From positions 68,359 to 100,358 of the forward strand of contig CAKUIA010000008.1 in NCBI GenBank assembly GCA_934660865.1: DNA of 32,000 nt, in the 5' to 3' direction. This DNA is from an uncultured Opitutales bacterium. Its GTDB lineage: Bacteria; Verrucomicrobiota; Verrucomicrobiia; Opitutales; Intestinicryptomonadaceae. Position numbers and translations under genes: made by a program. Shown here in pieces: positions 9,107 to 17,476 of this stretch. The notes beneath the pieces are model-generated. The model saw nothing but the letters and a program-made list of their open reading frames with translations. It did not search any database and had not been told where the DNA came from. Numbering within the stretch: position 1 is the stretch's first letter; each line of letters starts with the position of its first letter.

Positions 9107-9862
9107 CTAAATGTCAAGCATTAGGGGGCAGTGGTCCGAACCCAAAACATTGTCGAGAATATCGGTATTCTTTACATTTTCGACCAAGTTAGGCGAAACC
9201 AAAAAGTAGTCTATTCTCCAGCCCACATTCCTTGCGCGCGCGCCTCCCCTAAAGCTCCACCACGAATATTTGTCGGTTTTTTCGGGGTTAAGTTTTCTCC
9301 AAATATCCACAAGGGGAACTTCCCTTAAAAGCAAATCCATACCCCTTCTTTCCTGCTCGGTAAAGCCCGCGCTCATTGTGTTGTCTTTGGGGCGCGCCAG
9401 GTCTATTTCGGTGTGGGCAACGTTCATATCGCCGCAAACAACAATGCCGTTTGTTTTCGATTCGGCCGCCAAATAGTTGCGAAAATCGCAATCCCAGCAC
9501 TTTTCGCGGTAGTCAAGCCTTTGCAGGTGGTCCTGCGAATTGGGCACATACACGCTGTACAGCGAAAATCCGTCGAACTCGGCCCTGGTTATGCGCCCCT
9601 CTTCGGGGTGGTTTTCAAGCCTTATGCTTTGCATGGAAAGCGGCTTTACGTTGCTTAGAATTGCAGTTCCCGCATATCCGGGCTTTTCGGAAAAGCCGAA
9701 CTGCGCATACTTAAACGGAAGCTGTATTTTTGCCAGCTCCTTTTGCGGTATGCGCGTTTCCTGCAGGCACAAAACATCGGGTTTATACTGCTCTACAAAT
9801 TCGTAGAAATTCTTTTTTACAACGGCTCTAAGCCCGTTTACGTTCCAGCTAAATATCCTCAT
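9107..9862 (-). CDS. xth: Exodeoxyribonuclease III (AP endonuclease).
   Basis: MRIFSWNVNGLRA, LCLQETR, GDMNVAH and a SDHCP end are the classic ExoIII/EEP blocks. Confidence 0.9.
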   Translation of the reverse strand: MRIFSWNVNGLRAVVKKNFYEFVEQYKPDVLCLQETRIPQKELAKIQLPFKYAQFGFSEKPGYAGTAILSNVKPLSMQSIRLENHPEEGRITRAEFDGFSLYSVYVPNSQDHLQRLDYREKCWDCDFRNYLAAESKTNGIVVCGDMNVAHTEIDLARPKDNTMSAGFTEQERRGMDLLLREVPLVDIWRKLNPEKTDKYSWWSFRGGARARNVGWRIDYFLVSPNLVENVKNTDILDNVLGSDHCPLMLDI

Positions 9863-12344
9863 AGTTGTCGCAAATATTGTTGTTGTCGAATGCGTTTAAA
9901 ATAAGCGAAAGCGTCTGCGCAAATTCCGAGCTTTCCGAAACGTTTTTTATGTTGCCGAACATATTTTCGAAAAGCTCTTTTTTGCCTATTTGCAGGCGGC
10001 GCACCGCGTCTTCCACCGTGCCGCGCGCGTACATTTTGTATACAAAAACGTCGCATTTTCGGCCTATGCGGTGCACTCGGTCTATTGCCTGCTCTTCAAC
10101 CGCGGGGTTCCACCACGGATCCATAAAGAAAACATAGTCGGCCTCGGTAAGGGTTATTCCCGTGCCGCCCGCCTTTAGGCTTACCAAAATCAGGGCCGAA
10201 TTTTTCGTTTCCTGAAAGGACTTTACGGGCAGCACCCTGTCGCGCGTAGAGCCCGTAAGCTCGTAGATTTCCATTTGCGGCACTTTTGTTTTTACCGCCG
10301 CCTTTATGCGCCTTAAAAAGCTTGTAAACTGGCTGAACACCAAAACCTTTTTTTGCCCCAAATAAAGCTCTAAAAGCTTGTCGGTAAGCGCCGAAATTTT
10401 GCCGCCGTCGAAAAGCGGGCAGTTTACGCCCGGCAAAAGCGACGCATCGCAGCACGCCTGGCGCAGCCTTGTAAGCAGCGCCAAAACACCCATTCTCGAC
10501 TGCGGATTTTTGCCCGCCATAGATTCGGCCAAATCGGCCTTTGCCAGGCGCAGGTACTTTTCGTATTCGGATTTTTGCAGGGGGCTAAGCGGGCAAAGCA
10601 GGTCAGAATATATCTTTTCGGGCAGCTGGCTGTCGACGTCTTTTTTAAGCCTTCTAAGGCAAAACGGCGCAATCTGCCTGCGGATTTTTTCCACCGCAGC
10701 TTTGGGGTCTTGCACATACATTTCCGCAAAGGCGGTTTTGTCGGGCAAAAGGTTCGGCATAAGCCAGCGGAATATCGTCCACAAATCCAGAATGTCGTTT
10801 TCAAGCGGCGTGCCCGTCAGCGCGATTTTGCGCTTTGCGCTTATCGACATGCACGCCGCCGTTGTTTTCGCCTCGGGATTTTTTATAAACTGCGCTTCGT
10901 CGAGCACCGCCAATTCGAAGTTTGCCGATTCTATTTTGGCCCTGTTTTTTCTAAGCTGCGTATAGCTTGAAAGTATAAGCTGGGCTTTATTTGCGGCAAA
11001 GTCGAAGGCCGAATTTAAAACGGCGCATTTTATGTTGTCGAAAAACTTTGCGCACTCGCCCTCCCATACGGGAATTACCGAGGCCGGGCACACAACTATC
11101 GCGGAAGACGCCGTGTCTTTGCAAAATTCACCTACAAGCGAAAGCGTCTGCGCGGTTTTGCCCAAACCCATTTCGTCGGCAAGAAGCGCCGAGCAATTCC
11201 ACGAAAATAACTTTTCCGCCCAGCGCACGCCCTTTTTTTGGTAGTCGCGCAAAAAGGCGGGAGCTTGCCCCGCATCTAATTTTGCGTTTTCAAAATCGTA
11301 CAGATTGTGCCTTAGCTCGTCCGAAAACTTCGCGTTCGAGAACTCCGAAAAAAGCGACAAAAGCATATACGACGGAATTTCGTTTGTGTCTTTGTTGCGC
11401 GCCTTTTCCAAAGCCGAGTAAAAGCGGCCGTATTCGGCGTTTAGCCTTACAGCCCCTAATTGCGGCACCAAAACCGCATTGCCGGAGCTTAGCTGTTTTA
11501 AAAACGAATTGTCTATCGTCTCGCCGCCGAGCACCAGCGACCAATCCAGACAAAACGAAGTCTTTTTGCCGTCCTTAAGCGAAAGGCTTGCCGACAAATC
11601 GGCGTTTCTTACGCCCTTTGCCAAAGCCTGCAAATTGCCGTTGCTTTCTATTTTAAAAAACTTTTTCCATACGGGCAGATACTGCCTTGCAAAGCTTTCT
11701 ATTTTCCCTATGTCGCCGCAGTAGTGGGTATTCTTTTCGTACGAAAAGCCCGCCTTTTTCGAAAACGCCGCCAGCCTTACCAGCTGCTCTTTTTCGGCGG
11801 TGTTAAGCGTAGAAATTGCGGCGTTTTTGCCGCCGTATACGGCAAGCCTTTTTTTGCCGTCCAGCAAATGGCATACAAAGCGCAATCCTCTGGGATATAT
11901 GGTAAAAGAAAGCAGAAAATCGCGCGCCTTTTCGGGTTCTTCTTCGACGGGCGTTTGCTCTTGCAGATTGTCTTCTGGTTTGGCCTGCTGCGGCGTATCG
12001 GGCAAAGACGGCATTGCGTCGCACACAAGCTCCTGTATCTCGTACATGGCAGCGCAACAAAGCGCGTAGGTGGCGTCTTTTTCGGCAATGCTCGACCTAA
12101 ACGTAAGGCCGCCGCCCTCAAGCCCCACAACGCAGTAGGGCTGCGAATTGTCGGGAAGCTTAAAGTTAACAAAAGCCTCGCTTTCGCCCAAGTCTATAGA
12201 GCTTACAAAACCCTGCTTGTAGAACTGCCTGCCCTTTTCAAGCTGCTGCGGCGAAAAGCGCTTTTCCCAATCGCGCAACAGGGCGTCGAGCCAAGCGCGA
12301 ACAGCTTTGCCCGAATAGTTGGCTTTTGCCTTGCGAAGAAACAT
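9849..12344 (-). CDS. SNF2-family DNA-dependent ATPase/helicase (RapA/HepA-like) with an SNF2-associated N-terminal region, 831 aa.
   Basis: LADEMGLGKT (motif I), LDEAQFIKN (motif II), LTGTPLEN, and C-terminal helicase blocks LVSLKAGGTGITLTEA and QAIDRVHRIGR. Its 3' end overlaps the xth start by 14 nt. Confidence 0.85.
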   Translation of the reverse strand: MFLRKAKANYSGKAVRAWLDALLRDWEKRFSPQQLEKGRQFYKQGFVSSIDLGESEAFVNFKLPDNSQPYCVVGLEGGGLTFRSSIAEKDATYALCCAAMYEIQELVCDAMPSLPDTPQQAKPEDNLQEQTPVEEEPEKARDFLLSFTIYPRGLRFVCHLLDGKKRLAVYGGKNAAISTLNTAEKEQLVRLAAFSKKAGFSYEKNTHYCGDIGKIESFARQYLPVWKKFFKIESNGNLQALAKGVRNADLSASLSLKDGKKTSFCLDWSLVLGGETIDNSFLKQLSSGNAVLVPQLGAVRLNAEYGRFYSALEKARNKDTNEIPSYMLLSLFSEFSNAKFSDELRHNLYDFENAKLDAGQAPAFLRDYQKKGVRWAEKLFSWNCSALLADEMGLGKTAQTLSLVGEFCKDTASSAIVVCPASVIPVWEGECAKFFDNIKCAVLNSAFDFAANKAQLILSSYTQLRKNRAKIESANFELAVLDEAQFIKNPEAKTTAACMSISAKRKIALTGTPLENDILDLWTIFRWLMPNLLPDKTAFAEMYVQDPKAAVEKIRRQIAPFCLRRLKKDVDSQLPEKIYSDLLCPLSPLQKSEYEKYLRLAKADLAESMAGKNPQSRMGVLALLTRLRQACCDASLLPGVNCPLFDGGKISALTDKLLELYLGQKKVLVFSQFTSFLRRIKAAVKTKVPQMEIYELTGSTRDRVLPVKSFQETKNSALILVSLKAGGTGITLTEADYVFFMDPWWNPAVEEQAIDRVHRIGRKCDVFVYKMYARGTVEDAVRRLQIGKKELFENMFGNIKNVSESSEFAQTLSLILNAFDNNNICDNYEDI

Positions 12345-12359
12345 AGACTTATGCGGCGG

Positions 12360-13823
12360 CTAAAAGCCCTTTGCGCGTTCGGCAACCGCCCACTTGTATA
12401 TATTTGCGTATTCGGTAGCCGACTTCGACCACGAAAAATCCTTTTTCATGGCGTTTTGCTGCAAAAGCAGGTAGTCGGGCTTTCTGTCGTACCAAGTGGC
12501 AACCGCCCAGTCCATAGTGTTGTACAGCGCCCATGGGGTGGCTTCTATAAACGAAAATCCGCAGCCTGTCCTGTCTTTTTGGGAATAGTTTTGCACCGTA
12601 TCCGAAAGCCCGCCCGTTGCCCTTACAAGCGGCAAAGTTCCGTAGCGCATTGAATACATTTGGTTTAGACCGCAGGGCTCGAAACGGCTTGGCATAAGGA
12701 AAAAGTCGCTGCCCGCCTCTATCAGGTGGGCAAGCTCGTTGTTGTAGCCTATATATACGCCCATTTTGCCTGCATGGCGCGCAGCCAGGTCGTTAAAGGC
12801 GTTTTCCAAATTCCTGTCGCCGCTGCCCAAAAGCACAATCTGAACCTTCATATTGTCGAGCACGGCGTCGCCTATATTGGCAAGCAAATCAAGCCCCTTT
12901 TGGTCGAACAGGCGCGAAACTACGCCGAAAACGGGAAGCTCGGAATTTTGCGCCAAACCCATTTTCTTTTGCAAAGCCTTTTTACATTCGGCCTTGCCCG
13001 CAAGCTGCGCCGCCGAAAAATGAGATGGTATAAACCTGTCTTTTTCGGGATTCCACTCGTCGGTATCTATGCCGTTTAAAACGCCGACAATGTCGGCCGA
13101 CTTAAAGCGAACAATGCCGTCCAGCCCGCAGCCGAATTGGGGTGTTTGAATTTCCCTTGCATAAGTGGGGCTGACAGTGCTTACCTTTGTTGCGTTATAA
13201 AGCGCGCCCTTCATCAGGTTTACAACGCCGAAATGCTCGCAATTATAGGGGTTGTAAACCGACTGCGGCAAACCCGCATATTCCAAAATGCCCCTGTCGA
13301 ATACGCCCTGGTGCTGCATATTGTGTATGGTAAATACGCTTGCAGCCCTGCCCAGCTTAAAGTTTCTGAAATTGTTGTTTAGGTATAGAGGTATGTAGCC
13401 CGTCGGCCAATCGTGGCAATGCACAACGTCGGGGTACCATTCGTTTGCAACGCAAAAATCCAAAGCCGCCCTGCACAAAAACGCGTAGCGCGCCCCGTTG
13501 TCGTTGTACGAAACATCGCCGAAATTGTAAATGCCGGGCCTGTCGAAATAGCGGTTGAACTCAAGAAAATAAACTTCGGCTTTGCCCAGCGCGGTTTTCC
13601 AGACCTTGCAGTATTCCTCTATGCCAAGCCCCATGTGCACGCTAAGCACCGGCATGGCTTCTTCAAACTTATCCTTGTTCTTTATCGAAGAATACAAGGG
13701 TGTAATTATTTTTACTTCGTTTTTAGAGTCCGCCATCTCTTTCGACAGCGAAGCAACCATGTCGGCAAGCCCGCCAACTTTCGAAAACGGAGCAAGTTCG
13801 GAGGAAACCATTAATATTTTCAT
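12360..13823 (-). CDS. glgA: Glycogen (starch) synthase, ADP-glucose type.
   Basis: MKILMVSSELAPFSKVGGLADM (KxGGL motif), HCHDW, and PSRFEPCGLNQMY. I place the start at ATG 13823, because the ORF-track start 13907 adds 28 non-homologous residues. Confidence 0.9.
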   Translation of the reverse strand: MKILMVSSELAPFSKVGGLADMVASLSKEMADSKNEVKIITPLYSSIKNKDKFEEAMPVLSVHMGLGIEEYCKVWKTALGKAEVYFLEFNRYFDRPGIYNFGDVSYNDNGARYAFLCRAALDFCVANEWYPDVVHCHDWPTGYIPLYLNNNFRNFKLGRAASVFTIHNMQHQGVFDRGILEYAGLPQSVYNPYNCEHFGVVNLMKGALYNATKVSTVSPTYAREIQTPQFGCGLDGIVRFKSADIVGVLNGIDTDEWNPEKDRFIPSHFSAAQLAGKAECKKALQKKMGLAQNSELPVFGVVSRLFDQKGLDLLANIGDAVLDNMKVQIVLLGSGDRNLENAFNDLAARHAGKMGVYIGYNNELAHLIEAGSDFFLMPSRFEPCGLNQMYSMRYGTLPLVRATGGLSDTVQNYSQKDRTGCGFSFIEATPWALYNTMDWAVATWYDRKPDYLLLQQNAMKKDFSWSKSATEYANIYKWAVAERAKGF

Positions 13824-13913
13824 AGCCAAAGTAGATTGTCTCATATAGCCGTTTATTTTGCAACCGTTTTTCTTGAAGAAGCGCAAAAAATATGCTTTGC
13901 TTTGCAAAGTGCT

Positions 13914-14819
13914 ATGAAAACGCTTTTTACCATTACAGGCAACCTTTTGGCGGAATATACATTTAATACAAAGCCCTTTAAATCGGGCGAAACCGTCCGC
14001 GCCGAAAGCTCGTCGTTTCAGGTTGGCGGCAAGGGGGTAAATGTATCGAAAGCCGCGAAAATTTTGGGTCTAAAAAGCGAGGCCATTATATTTGCCGCAG
14101 GCATAGAGGGCCAAAAGTGCAAAAACTGCCTTGCAAAAGAAAAGCTCGCCTTTAAGGCGTTCGAAATAGACGGCAATACGCGCACGGGGCTAGTTGTACG
14201 CGCAAACAATACCGAAACGACCTTTTTGGGCAAAGACGTTCCCGTTTCGGAAAGCGCGTTTAAAAAGGTCCTTTTACATATCAAAAAAACGGCAAAACCA
14301 GGCGATATTGTGGCCGTTTGCGGGTCTTTTCCGGGGTGGAAAGACTCTTTCGGCAAACTTCTTTTAAAACTTTGCGAAGAAAAAAATCTTGTTTTGTGCG
14401 CCGACACCTACGGAAAGCCCCTAAACTTTTTTGCATTCTGCAACAATGCAAAGGGCTTGGGCATTTTAAAGATGAATAAAAAAGAGCTTTTGGGGCTTTT
14501 CGACAAAAAAGTCGCATACGAAAAGGCTTTCGAAAAACTGGTAAACACAAACTGCGCAAAGATATTTGCCGTTACAAACGGCGGGGAAAATTCGTTTATT
14601 TTCGAAAACGGCAAAACTTTTGAAAACACCCCCAAAGCCGTAAAGAAAATCGTTTCGGCAACGGGCTGCGGCGACATTGTTTTTGCCGGCCTTATAAAAT
14701 TTATATACTGCGACAATGCGCCGGCAAAAAAGGCCTTTGAAACCGCGCAGAAAATCGCGTCTCATTCGGCGCAAAGCCCAAAAGCAATAGACATTCCGAA
14801 AAAATATTCGGCAAAATAA
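13914..14819 (+). CDS. PfkB-family sugar/sugar-phosphate kinase (1-phosphofructokinase / tagatose-6-P kinase-like).
   Basis: GGKGVNVS N-terminal motif and SATGCGDIVFAG (PfkB signature 2). Start chosen at ATG 13914 (MKTLFTITGNLL). The stop abuts the queA start. Confidence 0.7.
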   Translation: MKTLFTITGNLLAEYTFNTKPFKSGETVRAESSSFQVGGKGVNVSKAAKILGLKSEAIIFAAGIEGQKCKNCLAKEKLAFKAFEIDGNTRTGLVVRANNTETTFLGKDVPVSESAFKKVLLHIKKTAKPGDIVAVCGSFPGWKDSFGKLLLKLCEEKNLVLCADTYGKPLNFFAFCNNAKGLGILKMNKKELLGLFDKKVAYEKAFEKLVNTNCAKIFAVTNGGENSFIFENGKTFENTPKAVKKIVSATGCGDIVFAGLIKFIYCDNAPAKKAFETAQKIASHSAQSPKAIDIPKKYSAK

Positions 14820-15890
14820 ATGCACATTTCACAATTAGACTACAATTTAGACCCAAAATTTATTGCGCAATTCCCGAGCGACAAAAGGGATATGGCAAAA
14901 CTTTTGGTATACCACCGCAAAAGCGGCGAAATTTCGCACCATATTTTCAGAGAGTTGCCCGACTTGCTCGACACCAACTACCATATGTTCAGGAACAAAG
15001 TTGCCGTTTTAAAGGCGAGGATTATGGCGCAGCGCGAAAACGGCTGCAAATGCGAATGTCTTATCTTAAACCCCGCCAAAGAGTTGGGACACTGGTATTG
15101 TCTGTTAAAACCCGCAAAGCGAATGAAAATTGGCTCGCATTTTTCGGTTGCGGGCAGCTTTACCGCCCAAATTGTGGAAAAGTTTGAAGACGGCCGCGCC
15201 CTTGTGCGCTTCGACACCGAAAACGGGCAAAGCGTTGTAGACGTAAGCGAGAAAATCGGCTATGTGCCGCTTCCGCCCTACATTCACCGCAACATAAATT
15301 CGCCCGAATACGACAGAAATTTCGACAACAACCGCTACGAAACCGTATATGCCGACATTCACAAAAGAATGGCGGTTGCCGCCCCCACGGCGGGGCTTCA
15401 CTTTACAAAAGAGCTTAACGAGACCCTGCAAAAAAGGGGAAATTCGTTTTGCGACGTAGTTTTAAGGGTGGGCATTGGCACCTTTAAGCCGCTTACTTCC
15501 GACATAGTGGAAGAACACAAAATGCACACCGAGCTTTACGAAATCCCCCAAAGCTCCATAGACGTTTTAAGGGATAAATCGGTAAAAAAGCTGGCAATCG
15601 GAACCACCTCGCTAAGGGCAATAGAGGACTTTTGCCGAAAAAACCCGCAGTGCGAAAACGGCTATGTGGGCGAAGCTTCGCTTTTTGTGTATCCGCCGCA
15701 AAAAATCGTAAGCTGCGACGCGCTAATTACAAACTTCCATTTGCCGCGCTCTACGCTGATGTGCTTGGTTGGGGCCTTTCTAACCCCGGGCGAAAGCTCC
15801 GGCATAGAAATTTTAAAGGAAATATACGCCAAAGCCATGGAAAACGACTACCGTTTCTTTTCGTACGGCGACGCAATGCTTATCCAATAA
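14820..15890 (+). CDS. queA: S-adenosylmethionine:tRNA ribosyltransferase-isomerase.
   Basis: LDYNLDPKFIAQFP, GYVPLPPYI, AAPTAGLHFT, IGTTSLRA, TNFHLPRSTL and FFSYGDAMLI are QueA blocks. Confidence 0.92.
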   Translation: MHISQLDYNLDPKFIAQFPSDKRDMAKLLVYHRKSGEISHHIFRELPDLLDTNYHMFRNKVAVLKARIMAQRENGCKCECLILNPAKELGHWYCLLKPAKRMKIGSHFSVAGSFTAQIVEKFEDGRALVRFDTENGQSVVDVSEKIGYVPLPPYIHRNINSPEYDRNFDNNRYETVYADIHKRMAVAAPTAGLHFTKELNETLQKRGNSFCDVVLRVGIGTFKPLTSDIVEEHKMHTELYEIPQSSIDVLRDKSVKKLAIGTTSLRAIEDFCRKNPQCENGYVGEASLFVYPPQKIVSCDALITNFHLPRSTLMCLVGAFLTPGESSGIEILKEIYAKAMENDYRFFSYGDAMLIQ

Positions 15891-15953
15891 AATTTACAGC
15901 TTGTTTGTATTTTGCAAATTACACCCGCGTTTACATAAGCGAAAGCCAGCGTT

Positions 15954-16000
15954 AAAAAACAAAAAATCCGCAACCGGTAAAAGTTGCGGATTTTGTTTTT
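15954..16000. terminator. Bidirectional rho-independent terminator between convergent queA and the oxidoreductase gene.
   Basis: A perfect 12-bp stem AAAATCCGCAAC (15963..15974) / GTTGCGGATTTT (15983..15994) with an 8-nt loop. An A-run lies on the left and TTTTGTTTTT on the right. Confidence 0.78.
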
Positions 16001-16018
16001 GCGAAAAGCCTTTGGCTG

Positions 16019-17392
16019 CTATGCTATGGGCTTTGTCTGCCAGCCTTCGCGCACGGGCTCTTTAATGAACTGCGCAATTTCGGGCCTGTTGGGCGACGAC
16101 ATTGTTTTGGCGTCCCATTCGATTTTGCCGCCAACTCTTTGCGCCAAAGAACCGAGCAATGCAACTTCGGTAAGCTGGGTTGCATACGTAAAGTTCGAAC
16201 CGCATTCGGGGCCGTCGCCGCGTATTGCGTCGAACCATTCGCAATAGAGATTGCCCTTTCTTACTCTGGGAATCGTCTTTGCGGGCTGGTGGCGGCGGAA
16301 TTCCTTGAAGAATTCGGTGTTCGACATTCTGGGGCTGTGGTTCGGGCGCGAACCCGTTTCCATTGTATGCTTGTCGCCCACCATAAGCATGCCGCCGCCG
16401 AATTTAAAGGGTCTGTCGCTAGGCCAGTCGTGCGGTTTTTTGGCGGGAATTTTGCCGCCGTCGTACCAATACATATCGCAGGCCGCCCTCTTGTCGGTTT
16501 TCGGGAACGACCATTTTACAACCGAGCGGTTCGGTATAAACACCTTGCTGTCGAAAATATAGTCGGCTTCGACCAATTCCACGGAAACGGGATCTTTTAA
16601 GTCAAGGCACCATACTGGAGCGTCGCCCGTGTGGCAGAACCAGTCGCCCAACATACCCGTGCCGAATTCCCAGAAACCGCGCCACGAAAGGGGTGCATAA
16701 ATGTGGTTATAGGGGGTGTCTTTCGCCTGGTTTAGCCACAAATTCCAGTCTAAGTTGGAGGGAACTTGTTCCTTTTTAAGCGGGAAAATTTCGGGCGTTC
16801 TAAAATATATGTTGCCCCACTTCGGGCCCGAGCACATAACGTGAACTTCGCGCACATCGCCCAAAATGCCCGTATCGTACCATTCCTTAAGCATTCTTAT
16901 CTGCTCGGTGGCATGCCCCTGGTTCATCATCTGGGTTTGAACTTTGTAGTAGTTCTTGGCTTTCGCCAATTCCCTTGCCTGCCAAATGTTGTGGGTAAGG
17001 GGCTTTTGCACCGCAACGTGCTTGCCGCACTGCATTGCGTCTAGCGTGATTTTAAAGTGCGAATGGTCGGGGGTGGAAACGCAAACGGCGTCTATATCCT
17101 TGCCCATTTTGTCGAGCATTTCCCTGTAATCGGTAAAGAAGGGAGCGTCGGGGGCATACTTTTTGCGGTTATGGGCGGTATATGCGCCAGTATCTACGTC
17201 GCACAGGGCAACAATGTTAACTTCCTCTTTGGGCATGCCGTTAAATGTCATCGCCCCAATGCCGCCTACGCCGACGCAGGCAACATTTATCTTTTTAGAG
17301 GGATTTTTGCCCGAAGCTATCGAAAAGCTCGGAAGCACAAAGGCCGCCGCCGCCGAAACTCCGACATTTTTTATAAACTTTCTTCTGTCCAT
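16019..17392 (-). CDS. TAT-exported Gfo/Idh/MocA-family NAD-dependent oxidoreductase (GH109-like glycosidase candidate).
   Basis: Twin-arginine signal MDRRKFIKNVGVSAAAAFVLP and a Rossmann VACVGVGGIG motif. The length (457 aa) and layout fit the GH109-like subgroup. The GH109 assignment itself is an inference. Confidence 0.75.
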   Translation of the reverse strand: MDRRKFIKNVGVSAAAAFVLPSFSIASGKNPSKKINVACVGVGGIGAMTFNGMPKEEVNIVALCDVDTGAYTAHNRKKYAPDAPFFTDYREMLDKMGKDIDAVCVSTPDHSHFKITLDAMQCGKHVAVQKPLTHNIWQARELAKAKNYYKVQTQMMNQGHATEQIRMLKEWYDTGILGDVREVHVMCSGPKWGNIYFRTPEIFPLKKEQVPSNLDWNLWLNQAKDTPYNHIYAPLSWRGFWEFGTGMLGDWFCHTGDAPVWCLDLKDPVSVELVEADYIFDSKVFIPNRSVVKWSFPKTDKRAACDMYWYDGGKIPAKKPHDWPSDRPFKFGGGMLMVGDKHTMETGSRPNHSPRMSNTEFFKEFRRHQPAKTIPRVRKGNLYCEWFDAIRGDGPECGSNFTYATQLTEVALLGSLAQRVGGKIEWDAKTMSSPNRPEIAQFIKEPVREGWQTKPIA

Positions 17393-17476
17393 TTTGTATG
17401 TGTATTTTTTATGTTCCGTTTTAAGTTAAGTGCGCTTAAACCCTAGCACTAGTTTGCGCGCCATTACAATATTATT

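Noticed and set aside
7625-12344. Possible Dpd-like 7-deazaguanine DNA-modification/restriction island, given an SNF2 helicase next to queDEF.
   Set aside because: The window has no DpdA/TGT paralog, ParB-like DpdB, queC or folE. queF (preQ1 branch) and queA point to the ordinary tRNA-queuosine pathway. It is kept only as a low-interest linkage observation.
11724-12653. A 309-aa plus-strand ORF spanning the SNF2/glgA junction.
   Set aside because: It lies antisense to two motif-rich genes. Its translation is R/K/F/A-rich low-complexity sequence with no motifs, so it is a shadow ORF.
13900-13909. A perfect 10-bp palindrome CTTTGCAAAG 4 nt upstream of the pfkB-kinase start, in the glgA/pfkB divergent spacer.
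   Set aside because: It is short, occurs once, and I found no second half-site or recognisable operator family. It cannot be supported as a regulatory site from sequence alone.
15910-15923. The 14-mer TTTTGCAAATTACA is shared between the queA downstream region and the SSF upstream region (23054..23067).
   Set aside because: For a 32-kb window on both strands, a few 14-mer coincidences are expected by chance, more so in AT-rich spacers. The two contexts (after a stop versus before a start) are not comparable.
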